Source: Eukaryota sp. TZLM1-RC (Eukaryota; Protista; Metamonada: BaSk clade). Taken from it: 64,000 nucleotides of DNA. The notes under the pieces were generated by a model, which was not told the origin of the DNA, did not search any database, and saw only the letters and a program-made list of their open reading frames with translations. Location: contig JAUPSS010000011.1 in the NCBI GenBank assembly GCA_040285825.1, positions 1-64,000 of the forward strand, given 5' to 3'. Shown piece by piece: positions 1-13,626 of this stretch (position 1 is the stretch's first letter; the number at the start of each line of letters is the position of its first letter). A program made the position numbers and the translations under genes.

Positions 1-591
1 GTAACCTTTTAAACTTCATGGTACACTGAATAATTTAGAGAACAAATTGTGTTGAGTTGTCAGCGCTTTTTGTTCAAGTTCATTAATTGTTAAGTCTAAA
101 GAGCAAAAATTAAGCCTCTATTTTTGAAGTTAAACGGGGGAATTCATATCAATCAACGTAATAGTCAGACGTCACCTTACGTCTGATCTATTTTATGGGT
201 ACAGTCCACGATTGAATTTTAGAATAAAACTTGTTATTTCAAAATGTGCTGAAGCTTGAATGTGTAGTAATATCTTAGAGGGCAGGTTTTTCTTTCATGA
301 ACCAGTAATTAGAATTAACCATTACCTTGCATATGACGTTCCATGAAAGCAACAATGGAACCAATAGTTTCATTAGGATTTAACCAGATAAAAAGAGTTG
401 TATGAGCCATTGAGAGAACCAAAAGGTGGATGCTAATTTTGTATATGATTCATGCTGACCCAAAAATTCAGTTTTCTATTTACTATTGAAACCTACACTC
501 TTATTTGGGTTCTTTTGGGCAATTAATCATCTATCAAGAAAGATGAGCATTATTTATGGAATGTATTACAGTTGGTATTCATAGGGAAAAG

Positions 592-751
592 TGTTAGCCT
601 TGGATAATATTTATAATAGTTTATTTATAGTTTATTAATAGTTATTGTATTATTGCGCCCATGCGCTTAAGTTAAGGGAAATTCTCATTCCCTTGTAATA
701 AATCTAATTACATTTAAGGTATACTCAATGTCTAACCCCCACAGATCATCA
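592..751 (+). repeat. 5' LTR
   Basis: Starts TGTTAGCC, ends CATCA; matches 7861-8020 with one mismatch seen (ggaaattctc vs ggaaatcctc). Confidence 0.95.
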
Positions 752-876
752 ATACGTATTGGATCACCTTTGGGTGGTTCCAATGACAACTCCGAGACTG
801 TTAGGACTGATCCTCCTACGTCTCACTCTTTTCGAGTTCTTCCTCCCGAACTCCTCAGTCGGGACCAGAACAACCC

Positions 877-3800
877 TTGTCAACTGGGTCTGAGGGAAGC
901 AATGCTTCTTCTCCTCCTGTGTTAACTCCTCCCTCCGGAGATTCTGTTACACAACCCAATGTTACGAGTTCTTCCTCCCAAACTCCTCAGTTGGGAACAG
1001 AACAACCCTCTGGTGGCGAGAGAAGTGATACTTCCTCTCAACCCTCGGGTCAAGGTTCCACTCCATCTACGGATGACGTTCCTGTGGTTCCTATCAGTCT
1101 TCCTGTTCCTCCCTCTAATGTGGAAAACTTTTGTACCTCTTTCTCCTCCCCTGGTTCTGAAGGAGAGGTTGAAGATTCCCTTTAGGTCCTGAACAGTTCA
1201 GTACTTTAGATGAATATCTGAAGTATATCATCAACCAGACTGATCCTGACTCGGCCAGCAACAAGATATCTGAGCTGTTGAAGCTCAAGAGGGTAGAGCC
1301 TCCCTCTTCACCTATTGTTTGCGCTCCTGTTGCTCCTTCCACTTCTTCTACGGAAGTTCCTGGGAAGGACAACAAGTTCCTTCTACTTCTTCTACGGAAG
1401 CTCCTGGGGAAGGACAACAAGTTCCTTCTACTTCTTCTACGGAAGCTCCTGGGGAAGGACAACAAGCTCCTTCCATTCCTTCTAGGGAAGTTCCTATGGA
1501 AAGCAGCCCTCCGCAACAACCAGCTCCTCCTGCAGTCCCTGCTGGTAACTCTAATCCTACTACTCCTTCTCGAGAAGTTCCTGTAGCAGGTCCTCCTAAT
1601 ACTTCTGCTCCTACTACGGTAGCTCCTACAGAAGTCCATTCAACTCCATCTGTTCCTCCTTCGGGAGTTCCTACTAGAGGAGTAATTCATATTCCCCCAA
1701 CCTCTGGCCAGACTCCTCAGCAAGGTCACGTTGTTTCTTCTGTTCCTGCTGCTTGGCAGGTGCTTAGTGCTGCACAGCCTAACACCTATCAAGCCCCAAG
1801 CCAGCCCCAGGAATCAGATTCTCCTTTCATCTCTACCCAGCAGAGGACTGAAGCACAAACTTTAGTTCTCAATGCTGGTATTGAGTTAATGCAAGGAGAT
1901 CCTGCATCGATTCCTCCCAACGAACTCATTGCTGCTTTACCCCCATTTTGGGGTCCAGAAGTGGTTAATGATCACGGCTTTAGGATACGCAGAAGAATTG
2001 GCCCCTACTTCCCAACGGAGGAAGTAGACAATCTTACGGTTCGTTGTGACCCTCCTCCAATTTATCCTCAACGGGATACTGTTGGAGGGTTCAGAACTCC
2101 TCGTGAAGGTGTACAGAGGATTTTCGCTGGTGATGAGCTGAATCTCTTCCTCAATCGATGTAACCCATGTCCTTTCCCAGGTTTAGCCCTGGATACAATG
2201 CCTCTCTTGATATTTATATCAATAGAGATTTCAGGACTGGATGGTGGTACACTTACACTACGAACTACCAAAGATTGTACCTGCAAGACCGCAGACCTGA
2301 CCTTTGTGCGTCATATTTTGGTCCGGAGCATAGAAGGAATAGGCCTTTAAGGGATGCCCTGATGAATGTACAGGAGAACATTGGCGTCACCAATTCTAGT
2401 TCTCTTCTGTGGGTCAATATCGATGGTAATGTGCAAAGTTACTATCCGAGTGATCATGACCCAGTAGAATTGAGAACTTCTGAGCCTGACCCAGTTGAGA
2501 CAGACACAGTTTTCTCATCTTTGAGCATTGAGCCTCAGGATGACCAACAACAAGATGAGCCGATGGCAACTACTGACACTGTTGAGACAGTGCAACAACC
2601 TGTAGTTGTCCAATCTCAGGATCCATCAACTCCTTCCCAGGTTCCTCAGGACCCTAGGCTCCTAGGAGCAACTCCTTCTAACACTCCCATAGCTCCCCAG
2701 TTTTCCAACACTCTACTGATGGAAGCTATGGCGAGTTCACAAGATAGAGATAGAGATAGACAAAGAGGTGGTCGTCCTAGAAAACCCACCCTGGAAGCCA
2801 ACGATATCTCTGACCCTGTAAGGATCTTGAAATTCATCGACAGATTTATTCTGTATGCTAGGACTGAGAGGACCATTGAAGAGAGAGATATCAATGAATC
2901 TGATCCTACTCAAGTCAGACTAGCAAGAGAAGTGTCTGAATTAAGAAGGCAACTTGAGGAACGTTCTCGTCCTTCTGCCACTCCTCAATCCATAAGCAGA
3001 GAAAACCGGAACCTCCCTCTCAATCAGAGATATGGTAACCCCTCCACGAGTGGGACCGATTCAGAGCTGCTGCTCAAGTCGACCCTCGTAGGATTGCCTC
3101 CTGCGTTACTCCAGAGTGCTTAGCTGCTCTGAGAGCTCAAGGCAGATTTTCGTCTATGTCTGATAGTATCTCAGCTATCGACAACATTAATGAGGAGCAA
3201 ATATGGGAATCAATTTTACACCTCAGCCAGTATAGTACTTTAGAAACGGCGAGGAATCAGTTATATAGAGTTCAGATGAATTGGAATATTCAGGACTTTA
3301 GGAATCGCTGGGGCGACTTCACTGTGAGGCTAATGAGAACAGTTTCACGAAGTACCGCCATTTCTGACGTCAGGGCAAGCGACCGTGCCTTGTATGGTCA
3401 ACATTTCCTACAGCGCATTCAAAACTGGAAAATTGCAACCCATATGATCGATTCTGTTGGTATTCAGGCCATCAGTGACAACCTGAGAACAGTATGGTCC
3501 ACACCCAATGTTTGGCAACACCATACTTTACAACAATTTGTCGACATCCTTGCTGCTGAATACATGAGTTGGTGTTCAGCAAGATCCTATGACGAGCAAA
3601 GGGCCAATATCAGTGACAGCTATCAACAACATATGGGTCACTATGTTAGAGCAAACCCAAAGGACAAGAAAAAGAATAGGCAAATTTAAGCCTGCGGGTT
3701 CCAGCGTCGCCCCTGCTCAACTCACCAAAAAGGAGCAAGTCGCAAATTAAGAAAGAAAGAGATAAAGCTGGTCTCTGTAGATTCTGTGGTTTTCCAGGCC

Positions 3801-3883
3801 ACTCTATTAACGAATGTCCCGACCCTGATTGCCAGCGATCCAAGCAATGGCGAGATGCCAACCCAGATGCCGTTCGAGCATAT
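877..3883 (+). CDS. gag: Gag-like region, Pro/Ser-rich N-terminus, split by frameshifts
   Basis: ORF pieces 877-1185, 1319-2350, 2167-3123, 3156-3689; CX2CX4HX4C knuckle CRFCGFPGHSINEC at ~3776-3817, in frame with the pol ORF. Confidence 0.75.
1334..1475 (+). repeat. 45-bp tandem repeat (~3 copies) in gag encoding PSTSSTEAPGEGQQV
   Basis: ccttctacttcttctacggaagctcctggggaaggacaacaagtt repeated. Confidence 0.85.
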
Positions 3884-6800
3884 TTGGCTAGGGGTAGTAG
3901 TAATAGTAGTAATAGAGGCAGAGGTAGACGTAGAGGAAGAGGCAAGGGCCCTTCTAGTAGTAATAAACGTTCCCATAAATATTCAATGTTTACTATAGAG
4001 CAAGATAGCTCTCCAACCGGTAATACATCAAAGCAACGTTCAAACAAATGTTCCTTGTTTACTATAGAGCAAGACAGCTCTCCAGCACGTAAAACACCAA
4101 ACATAAAACAAACCTCAGTCTCCAACCAGTGGATTAAGTGTTTAACTAATCCTTTGACTACCCGGAATTTTAAAACAGCTACAACGATAGAAACACCAAA
4201 TAAACCCTGTTTCAATCATGAGTTCGACTCGAACCCAGACTCAGCGTCCCACAGCGATATCTTCATGGTTCGCACCTCAGATGTCGCACGCAAAAATTTA
4301 AAATTGAAATTTTCAATAAATAACTGCGAAATAGAAGGGATCATCGACTCTGGAGCTTCGATATCAGTCATCACTGTTGATTTAGCAGAGAGATGCAACA
4401 TGGTAAAGACTAACCATTGCATAAACTTTAAGTCAGCAAACAACATCATGTCGAAGTCTTTAGGATCAGCAGAAGGCACACTGAGCTTCAGACTCGGTAG
4501 TGTAACCCAACTAGTACACGTGAAACATAGCTTGGCCATCATTCCTGGCAACAATATGTTACTAATTGGTAGAGACCTGTTGCATCACCTAGGCTTATTG
4601 AACGATGAAGGCCTCTTCATCAAGATGGATGAGGAACATCGTACATTACTTCTGCCTGAGGCTGAATTCGACCATCGAATCTCCCAAGTCTCAGATGTCG
4701 TCAACGTCCCCAGACGTTGGTTGGAGCACATACAGTCTTCTGGTTGTACTATTAACCTCGACTGTGATAACGACAAGAAGACCTTACTTCTAACCTTGAA
4801 AGAGTTCGAAGAAACATTCACCCTTAAGCCGCATGCTGATGGGATTGACTGTCCTCCAATGGAGATCAACTTTCATGATGAAAGTATTCGAGTCAGACGA
4901 CCCCCTCGTAGGTTAAACCCCGAGAAGCAGAAAGTCGCCGAACAGATCTTCGATGAACTCGTCGAGTCTGGATTTGCTGTACCATCGAACCATGAGTTCA
5001 GCTCTCCAGTATGTCTTGTGGTATACCCTGATCATCGTAAGCCTCGCCTTACTGGTGATTACAGCGGCAAGGACGGAGTCAACGCCAACACTATTCCCGT
5101 TGAACCTAATCTCCCCAGAATATCCGATGTGCTAGTCTTCCTTTCGGAAGCCAATTTCATCGGTACCCTTGACCTCCCCAAAGCCTTTTGGCAACTAAAG
5201 ATTGCAGAAAAGGACTGGGAGAAGACTGCCTTAAGCATCCCTGGCAAAAGTATCATGTTTAAACGTGCTGCTTTCGGCCTCAAGAACGTTCCTGCAGTCT
5301 TCCAGAACGTTATGGCAGACATCTTCTCCGGAGACGGTGTATTCATCTATATAGATGACATCATTATAGTAGGTAGAACCTTCAACGAGTTCCTCGGACG
5401 TCTAAGACGTGTCCTCGAGAAAGCTCGAACCCGTAGAGTTAGCCTTGGACTGCCCAAGTGCCATTTTTGTGTCCTCTAGACACCCAATAAAGATCCTTGG
5501 TAGCAGATTCCAACACAAAACCAGGACCATAGATCCTACACGCACAGAGTCTTTACTGAATCTTCCCAGACCTAAGACTGTGAAAGACGCCCGTAGCCTT
5601 ATCGGCTCAGTCAACTTCATTAGGGAATGGCTTCCCCAGGTAACCAAGCATGTTGCCCCGATCATCAAATTAACACATGGCAAAACCACGTCGCTTGCAG
5701 TGGAAAGACACTCACAACTACCATTTAGCCGAAATCAAACGTCTGATCGCGGAGCATATGCCTCTCAACTTACCTCCGGTGGATAACCAAGTACTAATTA
5801 GTTGTGATGCCTCTGATATAGCAGTTGGCGGCGTGATTTGGGAACAAATAGAACCCACTAAGGACCCTGGTACTTCCTTACTCAATAGGAAATGTAGACC
5901 AATCAGCTTCTTCAGCAGATTGTTGACTAACTCCCAGCAGAACTGGCCCACGGTACAGAAAGAGCTCTATGCTATCCTTCTCATGCTTACCGAAAGTGGC
6001 TTCGAGAACTACCTCAAAGGAAGGCGTCTGATCATTTTCACAGATCACCAAAACCTAACTTACATGCTTACCGCTCCGAACAAAAACAGAATAGTCAGAA
6101 GGTGGCTTCCCATCTTTTCTGAGTTCCTATTCGACATAGTTCATACAAAAGGGGAAGAGAACCATTGGGCAGACATGCTATCTAGGATAGTACCGCCCCA
6201 AGACAATCATACCATCAACCATCTGGTACATTCTAATGACCAAGAGTTTCACCCTATCTACTACACAAATAGGATTGACGAAACTGAGTCAGAGAGATGC
6301 TTCGTTGAAGATCTCCATACATTTGAGAAGGTGCTCATCCTTCAAGACAAATGCTCCAATGACCTTCCACTCTTCGAGCCATGGCTCTGCAAGATCAGGT
6401 CCGAACAAAAGCGAGCCCTCGCTAACCAGGACACCTCGTTCAACAACTGTACTTTGGATAGTCGTCTAGATCTTTATCTGACTCCAGAGCACAAGATCGT
6501 GATTCCTCAATCACTGGTTAAGGATACGCTTAACCTTCTACATGGACTCCCGCAAGGTGGCCACCCCAGTAAGGCAGAAAGTCTCCTCAGACTCAAGAAC
6601 AGCGACTACTGGTGGCCTAACATGCTTTCAGACATGACCAAGCACGTCCAAGAATGCCCCTCCTGTCAGAAGACAGCAGCAGTCCCCAAACTGCATGTCC
6701 CTACAACTGGTTCCTTGTGGGCTGACAGACCATTCGCAAGAGTTAACGTCGACGTCATTGGTCCTCTTCCAGAAGATCAAGACGGCCACAGATACATTCT

Positions 6801-7876
6801 TGTATTTGTGGATAGCTTCACGAGGTTCACTATCATAGTCCCTCTCAAAGAACTCAACGCCAACCTTACTGCTGACGCTCTCATATGGAAGGTATGCGCG
6901 ATATTCGGGATTCCGTTCATAGTTCATAGTGACAACGGTCCTGAGTTCTCTAAAGCTGTCTTCGACGCTCTATGTGAGTTTTTGGGCATAGAGGTCTCAA
7001 AGTCCGTCCCTCACTTCTCTCAATCCAACGGTTTAGTCGAACGCCGTCACCGTGACATTTTTGCAGAATTTGAGGAAGCTGCTCGTAGATTTTAACGCCT
7101 ACGACGCATGGTCAGAGTACATACCCTATGTACAATTGTTAATCAACTCATCCAAGAGTTCGATTACAGGTTACTCTCCATACGAGCTCATGTTTGGTTC
7201 AGATTTTAGCCCAAGAGCTGACCCCGGCAAAAATCATAGAGACCCTCGAAAGCTCAACGTCTGAGTCAACCTACATCAACAACATTCAATCCAAATTTGC
7301 CAGATTGAAGAAGAAACAGGAGGAAGCAGAGCTCCGTCAAGCTTCCAAGGCTCCTCCTCGTGATTCCCAAATCGAAGCCAACCCTTTCTCTCCTGGCCAA
7401 TTGGTCAAACGAGCTTCGTCTTCCACTGCTAAGTTACATGGTAACTACAAAGGACCATTCTTAGTTATTGACACACCTCTACCTCCACAGCTGACATCAA
7501 GAACCTGTGTACTGGTATGGTTGTTAAAGCCAGTGTGAAGCACCTCCAACCTTGGCATTCCAGTTTACCAGCTGATGATGAATTTCACTCCTGGGTTGCT
7601 GCTGGTGATGCAGAAGAGCACGTGATCCAGAAAGTCCTCAGTCAGGATGGTGATTACTGTCAAGTCCAATGGCCTGGCAATCATATTACCACTGAGCTGG
7701 TTTCGACTGTTCAAAACACCTCTGCCTATAAAGAATTCTCCGAGTCTGTTTCTAATACTCGCTCTCGTCCTTCACGCCGTAAACGTCGTTCTGATAATAT
7801 TAACAATAATGTTAATCCAACTCCTATCAGGCCTCGACGCTCGAAAAGAAGAAAGGGCAGTGTTAGCCTTGGATAA
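3884..7876 (+). CDS. pol: Pol polyprotein (protease, RT, RNase H, integrase, GPY/F, chromodomain-like tail), frameshifted
   Basis: IIDSGAS; LDLPKAFWQ and YIDD; CDASD...KELYA...TDH...ADMLSR; H-H-CPSC zinc finger, DNGPEF, NGLVER; YKGPF; EEHVIQKVL..CQVQW. Confidence 0.93.
7844..7860 (+). promoter_or_regulatory. Polypurine tract (plus-strand primer)
   Basis: AAAAGAAGAAAGGGCAG immediately 5' of the 3' LTR. Confidence 0.85.
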
Positions 7877-8020
7877 TATTTATAATAGTTTATTTATAGT
7901 TTATTAATAGTTATTGTATTATTGCGCCCATGCGCTTAAGTTAAGGGAAATCCTCATTCCCTTGTAATAAATCTAATTACATTTAAGGTATACTCAATGT
8001 CTAACCCCCACAGATCATCA
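7861..8020 (+). repeat. 3' LTR
   Basis: Direct repeat of 592-751, followed by TSD AAAG. Confidence 0.95.
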
Positions 8021-8029
8021 AAAGGAAGC

Positions 8030-9149
8030 GTCGGTTCCGAAAAGATTTCCAAAATGGAAAGGGAAACAGAATATGGAGATGTTTTGATTGGAAACGTTGC
8101 TCTTCAACATACCTGGGAATGACAACTACCCTTGTTTCGTTTGTCATGATATTGCACCAAACCGTTATTGTATTGGTTTCTTATTGAAGATTTTTCATTT
8201 TAAGTCATGCTAAATTAAACATTCTACATACATAACTTCTGATCAAATACAATCAAATACAGTACATAGAGTTGATGAATCAAAGCGTCTTTATTGATAT
8301 TGCAAGAACGTTTTGTCTAGGATTCAAAAGATTCGATTTGTTTTTTTCATACAGTGAATTCTTCCATACCACTGCAGTGTTTTTTGAATATTGTTACTGA
8401 ACGACTGAAATGCTTGCCGAGAACGTCACTTTTGAGGATGAGTATGTTTGAATAGTTACCTCAATGCTATCCTTTGTGTCTGAAATGTATGGTTTCACAG
8501 AGTATGAATGTGTTCAACAGTTGATTCCTTTTCCTCATTCGAACTCATAAGTTCTTGATGAAGAGATAAACCCACTGATGAATCGTTCTTCTCTTATTGG
8601 GTTAATGGACGACTACCACAGTTTGTTATTCTCACTTTAAACAGCAATTGGGGTGAACCATGTGTGGAAGTTTGGAAAGCGACATCCTCCACAGCACCAC
8701 CAATGGAGGATGCTTCATTCTCATTTGTGAAAGTCCTGTATTACAAGCCTGATGTTTCAATGGTTGTCCCTTTCTTCACAATGGAATTCATTGTTGACAG
8801 CGAAGCTATTAGTCAATATCATGCATATCTATTGCCAATCATGATTCTGTTCTTTGTGGTGAACTCGAACAACACCAAGTTTAAGTGCCTCAAAGTCGTC
8901 TCTGGATTGAATAGACTTGCATGATTCAATCATAAACCGTGTTTTACCTGTTCCTGTTGAATTGATAAAGGGTAAAACGTTTGAATGATACTCAACTAAT
9001 AGACCTTGTTGCTGTTCTAAATACTTTAGCAGAAGGTTGGGAAACTCATTAAAGAACTCGGGCTTCTGATATGGCACATTCATAATGGAGAATGCAGCAT
9101 CTTTCATTGGTGGAGCTGTGGAGGATGTCGCTTTCTGAACTACCTTCAC
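8030..9149 (-). pseudogene. Degraded P-loop NTPase gene, probably interrupted by the Gypsy element and continuing into 1-590
   Basis: ORF 8829-9149 has Walker A-like NSTGTGKTR; downstream frames broken. Confidence 0.45.
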
Positions 9150-9459
9150 AGAGAGGAGTGTGATTTAATCATAAGTGAAGTGTAATAAAGATTTAGATCT
9201 TCACAAGTTATCTGAGTGTTTTTAACCTGTTAATGTTACAATCAAATGTGCATTTTCTGCTATTAATTTAACAAAATTAGTTAGTATTAATTTCGTTATT
9301 TAATTAACTGATTTCTTATATTTTGAACAATTTATAAATCAACAACTAAATAATCCACTTCTCCCAAAACCAAACTAGGTGTAATTCTCTCATAGTTTTG
9401 TTTTGTCCCATCAGTTATGAATTAATTTAATTAAGTGTGCATGTTCAATCAATATTAAC

Positions 9460-10510
9460 TAATTAACTTGCCTAGTTTTCCTCACAATATTAAAAAAATT
9501 CCCACCCGATCACTTTCAAATTTACGTTTTGCCTGACAAAGCTTCAGCACCATCTGGTTAAATTATATGAAAGCTTGGATTATGAAGTAAGGCTTGGCTT
9601 GGCCAAAACTGAAAATCCCGCTTTCGGAAATTTTTTAAAAGACATTTGTGATAGTTCTGCTGCTGCTTTAGTTGCTCAAATTCCCTTTAATTGTAGACTC
9701 TTTATAAAAAACATTGAATGGCTTATAAACATGCGTTTTCGTTGTTTTCTGTGGCCAAACAATTTGCCCAATAATTTAACTTGTAAATGTGGTAAACCTC
9801 TTTTGTTTACTCATCTTGTGAACTTTAAACTTTTCATTACATTTAGAAGTAAAGTACATAATAATTTCAGGGACCAAATTTATGTAATGTGTAAATCAAA
9901 TCGAGTAGATTCCTTTTTTAAGCTTTTGTTATCAAAATTAATTAACAATGACCCCAATATTGATAGTACGCGCTACAACAGTGCTTTTATGGGTCTTACC
10001 AGTGGTGATTTGGTTGTTCCCGGCTTAGAGGGTAGTTTTACTTTTTCAGATGCCATGTCTATAGACCCTTGTAATTCTTCTAATAAACATTTCATCAACT
10101 CAGCTGTAAACAATATTCTTCTTGCTGGCGAACAATGCAATATTGCTAAATATGCGAAACCCATTTCCTCAGTTAATGAAAATTCTCATGTCCAATATAA
10201 TTTATGTCCCTTTATTTTTTCTTTGCTTGGACCTCTAGATAAGGCTGCTATGGCTTTCCTTGAGGATTTTGATGTTGTTGTAAAGGAGAGAACTGGAAGA
10301 ATTTCCAATCGTGTATACTGGCGAAACAGGATTGTATTTTCTTTTTTATGGGAATAGATAAATTTTTTTCTGATTCACTATCTTCTTTTGGAAAATTTTC
10401 CGAATCTTAAGTAATTAATTGCTTCGATGTAGGGAAGACAGATTTTGAGGATGTGGAGTTTTAGTCGTGTATTTGATGATTTTCTATTCCTAATTGGACA
10501 AATAAATTCT
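9460..10510 (+). mobile_element. 5'-truncated CRE-like (RLE) non-LTR retrotransposon, 3' part
   Basis: CKCGK..HLVN..H zinc-finger region, GDLVVPG..D nuclease motif, PFIFSLLG; close homolog at 61650-62660 (-). Confidence 0.85.
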
Positions 10511-10676
10511 CTCATAGTTAAAAATACAAGCTTTCAAAAAGCTGTGACAATTTTTGATTCAGATTATTACAGCAACATTGCAAATTGAATCGGTCCAAAG
10601 CTTCTTGAACTGATTGGGAGAAACACTAGGGCCAGATTTCGATTGGCAATCTATCTGTATCTCGAAATGAGAAAAA

Positions 10677-10748
10677 TTCGCATACCGGGAATCGAACCCG
10701 GGTCTAGTATGTGAAAGACACTAATGCTAGCCACTACACCATATGCAA
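10677..10748 (-). tRNA. tRNA-Glu(UUC)
   Basis: Cloverleaf TTGCATA TG GTGT..GCAT T AGTGT-CTTTCAC-ATACT AGAC CCGGG-TTCGATT-CCCGG TATGCGA A; followed by T5 Pol III terminator. Confidence 0.95.
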
Positions 10749-10789
10749 CTTCACAATTTCATTTAGGACTAAGAAACACAACTGTGAGT

Positions 10790-11520
10790 TAATCTAGTAT
10801 AATCTAATCTAGTGGTAATGTGTAAAAAAGCTTCAACAAACTCTGACAGTATTATTTGAAGGCTTGCATTATGAAGTACGTCTTGGCATGGTCAAACAAA
10901 AAATCTCACTTTCGTAAATATTTTACTGATCTGTTTGTGATAGTTCTTGGTCTTGTTTAATTAATCAAGTACCAAGAATTCATGGTTTGTTTCTAGATGA
11001 CCCTTGCTTTTCATTATCTAAGCGTATTCAATCTTTAAATTGGCCTGATAATCTTCCCCATGCTACAATTTGTCAATGTGGAAAGAATGTCACTCCAACC
11101 CATTTATTTAATTGAAATTGTTTTATTACTTTTAGATCAAAAGTGCATAATGTCGTGCGTGATCAGCTCTATTGTATGTTTAAGTCTTAGAAAATTGAAT
11201 TTTTTAGAACCTTTGCTTTCAAATTTGGCTGATAAAGCTGACAGAATTTCTTTTGGTGATAGTCGCGGTGGTGTGCTAGTTTCCGGTCTTGATGGATCAA
11301 TCATCATTATTGGCGACATATCTACTGATGTATCAAACAGCTCAAATGAAAAACTGGCACCATCTTATAATTCAGTACACAAGATTCTTGCAGTTCATGC
11401 CATATTGACAACATTGTCTCTGACAGCATCATGTAACAAAGAACGATAAGTTATCAATTTTGATTTTTTCAGAGCATGACGCAAACCCCAATATAAGTTC
11501 GAACAAAACGGGGAAAGTTA
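10790..11520. mobile_element. Two abutting CRE-like fragments (+ ~10790-11370; - ~11375-11520)
   Basis: LEPLLS..DSRGGVLV; second piece matches 40280-40410. Confidence 0.75.
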
Positions 11521-12429
11521 CGAACAATTTTCAGTTAAAAAATTTATTAAAAATTAACTAAATAGAACAATTTGAAACCAACTATTAAGCAACTATTCAA
11601 GGGCTTGAATGCATTCATTAATGCTTTTGCGAATATGTTCCCAATCACCAGCGCATTAAGAGAAACATCCAGCATACGAAATGAAGAAGGTTCAGAAGGT
11701 AGAAGGATTGGCGTGGTTAGGTTGTGAGAATGAGTGTACATAATGAGAAACGAATATTTATTTTATCGTTCACAATTGTTCGAAAGAATAATTTCCAACA
11801 AAATGACAAAGCTTGCTCTGTAGAAACATTTTATGGATACTGCAGGTGAACAAAATCTGCCAAAGTGAATGAAAATTTGTTTGTAAACCATGGTATTCTA
11901 CAATTTTTTTCGGAGTCATAATAACTAAATTCAAATTTGTTTAAATTAATTAATAGACAGCTAATGTACTGTGATTATGATCAACACAGTGATAATCGAC
12001 TTTTACATCAGACACCTCATGGAAGCTATTGCTGAAGTTACATAGTTTTAGTTGTGGTTAAAAGACCTTCTATTTTTTCAGTAATGAAGTTTTCAGATAG
12101 TGTTTACTATGACCACCGCAAATTTAATTTCTATGGACTCTGGTATTTACATTTCGAAGTGAACGTGCAATTTAGGGTTACCTCCTCCAATACAGGGAAA
12201 TGGTTTTCAAATTTTGAAAATTCTGTATGATTGTCATTAAAAATGTGGTCTGAGAAAATAATTCAAGTTATTTTTTTACAATTTGTTAGTACCAAATGAA
12301 ATTTTAGGTCAGGACATTGTGTATTTTGATTTACCGAGTATATATACTTGGAATTATTGATGTTTCAAAAAACTCACAAATTGTTGAGTCGCAGAATTGA
12401 TACAAGCATTCACTGAAAATTCAAAAATT

Positions 12430-13626
12430 TTACCTAAAAAAGTAGGGTGAATAATAGCTGTCTTGATCCAAACAACTCAATGTTGATATTGGAAATTCTG
12501 CTGAATGGTTAAAGTATCTCAGTTTAGTAAGAACTTCTGTAGTAATTGGGTCATCCTTAAAGGAAAAGGTCACTGCCAATGGTCTTTGTGGAGCTTGAGA
12601 AACCACACCATCAAGAAAATTCAGTAAAGCGGAGTACAGAAACTCATAAGGTGGAGGAACATCAGGATACTGGAACAAAGGAGAAACAATAAACAATCGG
12701 GATATTTTGCGGTGGTTCAAAAACTCCAAAAAATCATCAATAAGATCGTCTTCAAGGTGCACTTTTGCAACATAATTCAGAGTAGAAGTAGCTATCTTTG
12801 AATGAAATGCATCCCATAGACCAAATTGAGATAGCTTTGGGAACATAGAGCTGGTGATAGAATCAATGTTTTGGATAAATTCCAAAATTGCCATCTTTGG
12901 TTCAACACAATGAAAGGATGGAAGTACGTGAAAGCTCTCCAGGACAGGTAACTTTCCTGCAGCCTGAATCACCCTGTGATCAATCTGTTGAGATCCCAAG
13001 ACAAGTGATTTAATCATTGTACAATTACTGAGAACACCTGCAACACTGGTTGGAGAAGCGATACAATTCCCAATGTGAAAGACCTCCAGAGGAGCTAGTT
13101 TCAACACATCAAGCACATGGTTGTTGAGGACAGGTAGATCACACTTGAACACTTTGAGAGGGGTTCTAGTTGTTGCTTGCAACTCAATGGGCGTATTTAA
13201 TGGTGAATAGCTATCGATGAGTGAATCGGTTTCTTCAGACACACAAGGATGAACAAAACCAACTTTGAGTTCACAGAGACTGCAAATCGTCTTGAAAAGG
13301 ACCTCTATCAATTTAAAACTTTCTATTGACCACTCAAGTGTAGATAATACCAGTTTCGTGAGGTTTGGTAACGAAACAGCAGACAATGGCGTACACCTAT
13401 GTCGTGTACAGTAGACTGGTGAGTTGGAAATGTCCAATTCTTCTAATTCTTCGCCATGAACCAGTGATGTGACTGTACCAATTGTGATAGGCACTTGGGA
13501 CTCGTGTATAACCAGCTTTGATAAATGTGGGAAGAATGAGATGAAATACACTAAAAAGTGTTCGTGTACGGCAGATAACAAAGAGAGATCTAATGCTTTA
13601 ACCTGAGATTCAATATTGATGGTCAT
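12430..13626 (-). CDS. Leucine-rich-repeat-like protein (possibly the C-terminus of the 13610-16003 gene)
   Basis: 398-aa ORF with LEELDISNS, LPNLTKLVL repeats; overlaps the upstream ORF by 17 nt. Confidence 0.55.
   Translation of the reverse strand: MTINIESQVKALDLSLLSAVHEHFLVYFISFFPHLSKLVIHESQVPITIGTVTSLVHGEELEELDISNSPVYCTRHRCTPLSAVSLPNLTKLVLSTLEWSIESFKLIEVLFKTICSLCELKVGFVHPCVSEETDSLIDSYSPLNTPIELQATTRTPLKVFKCDLPVLNNHVLDVLKLAPLEVFHIGNCIASPTSVAGVLSNCTMIKSLVLGSQQIDHRVIQAAGKLPVLESFHVLPSFHCVEPKMAILEFIQNIDSITSSMFPKLSQFGLWDAFHSKIATSTLNYVAKVHLEDDLIDDFLEFLNHRKISRLFIVSPLFQYPDVPPPYEFLYSALLNFLDGVVSQAPQRPLAVTFSFKDDPITTEVLTKLRYFNHSAEFPISTLSCLDQDSYYSPYFFR

Larger units (their letters stand above)
592..8020 (+). 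mobile_element. Full-length Ty3/Gypsy LTR retrotransposon (chromovirus-like)
   Basis: 160-bp LTRs TG...CA at 592-751 and 7861-8020; 4-bp TSD AAAG (588-591, 8021-8024); polypurine tract before 3' LTR; internal order gag-PR-RT-RH-INT-chromodomain-like. Confidence 0.96.

Noticed and set aside
1334-1475. CRISPR-like array
   Set aside because: Contiguous coding tandem repeat with no unique spacers, in a eukaryotic retroelement
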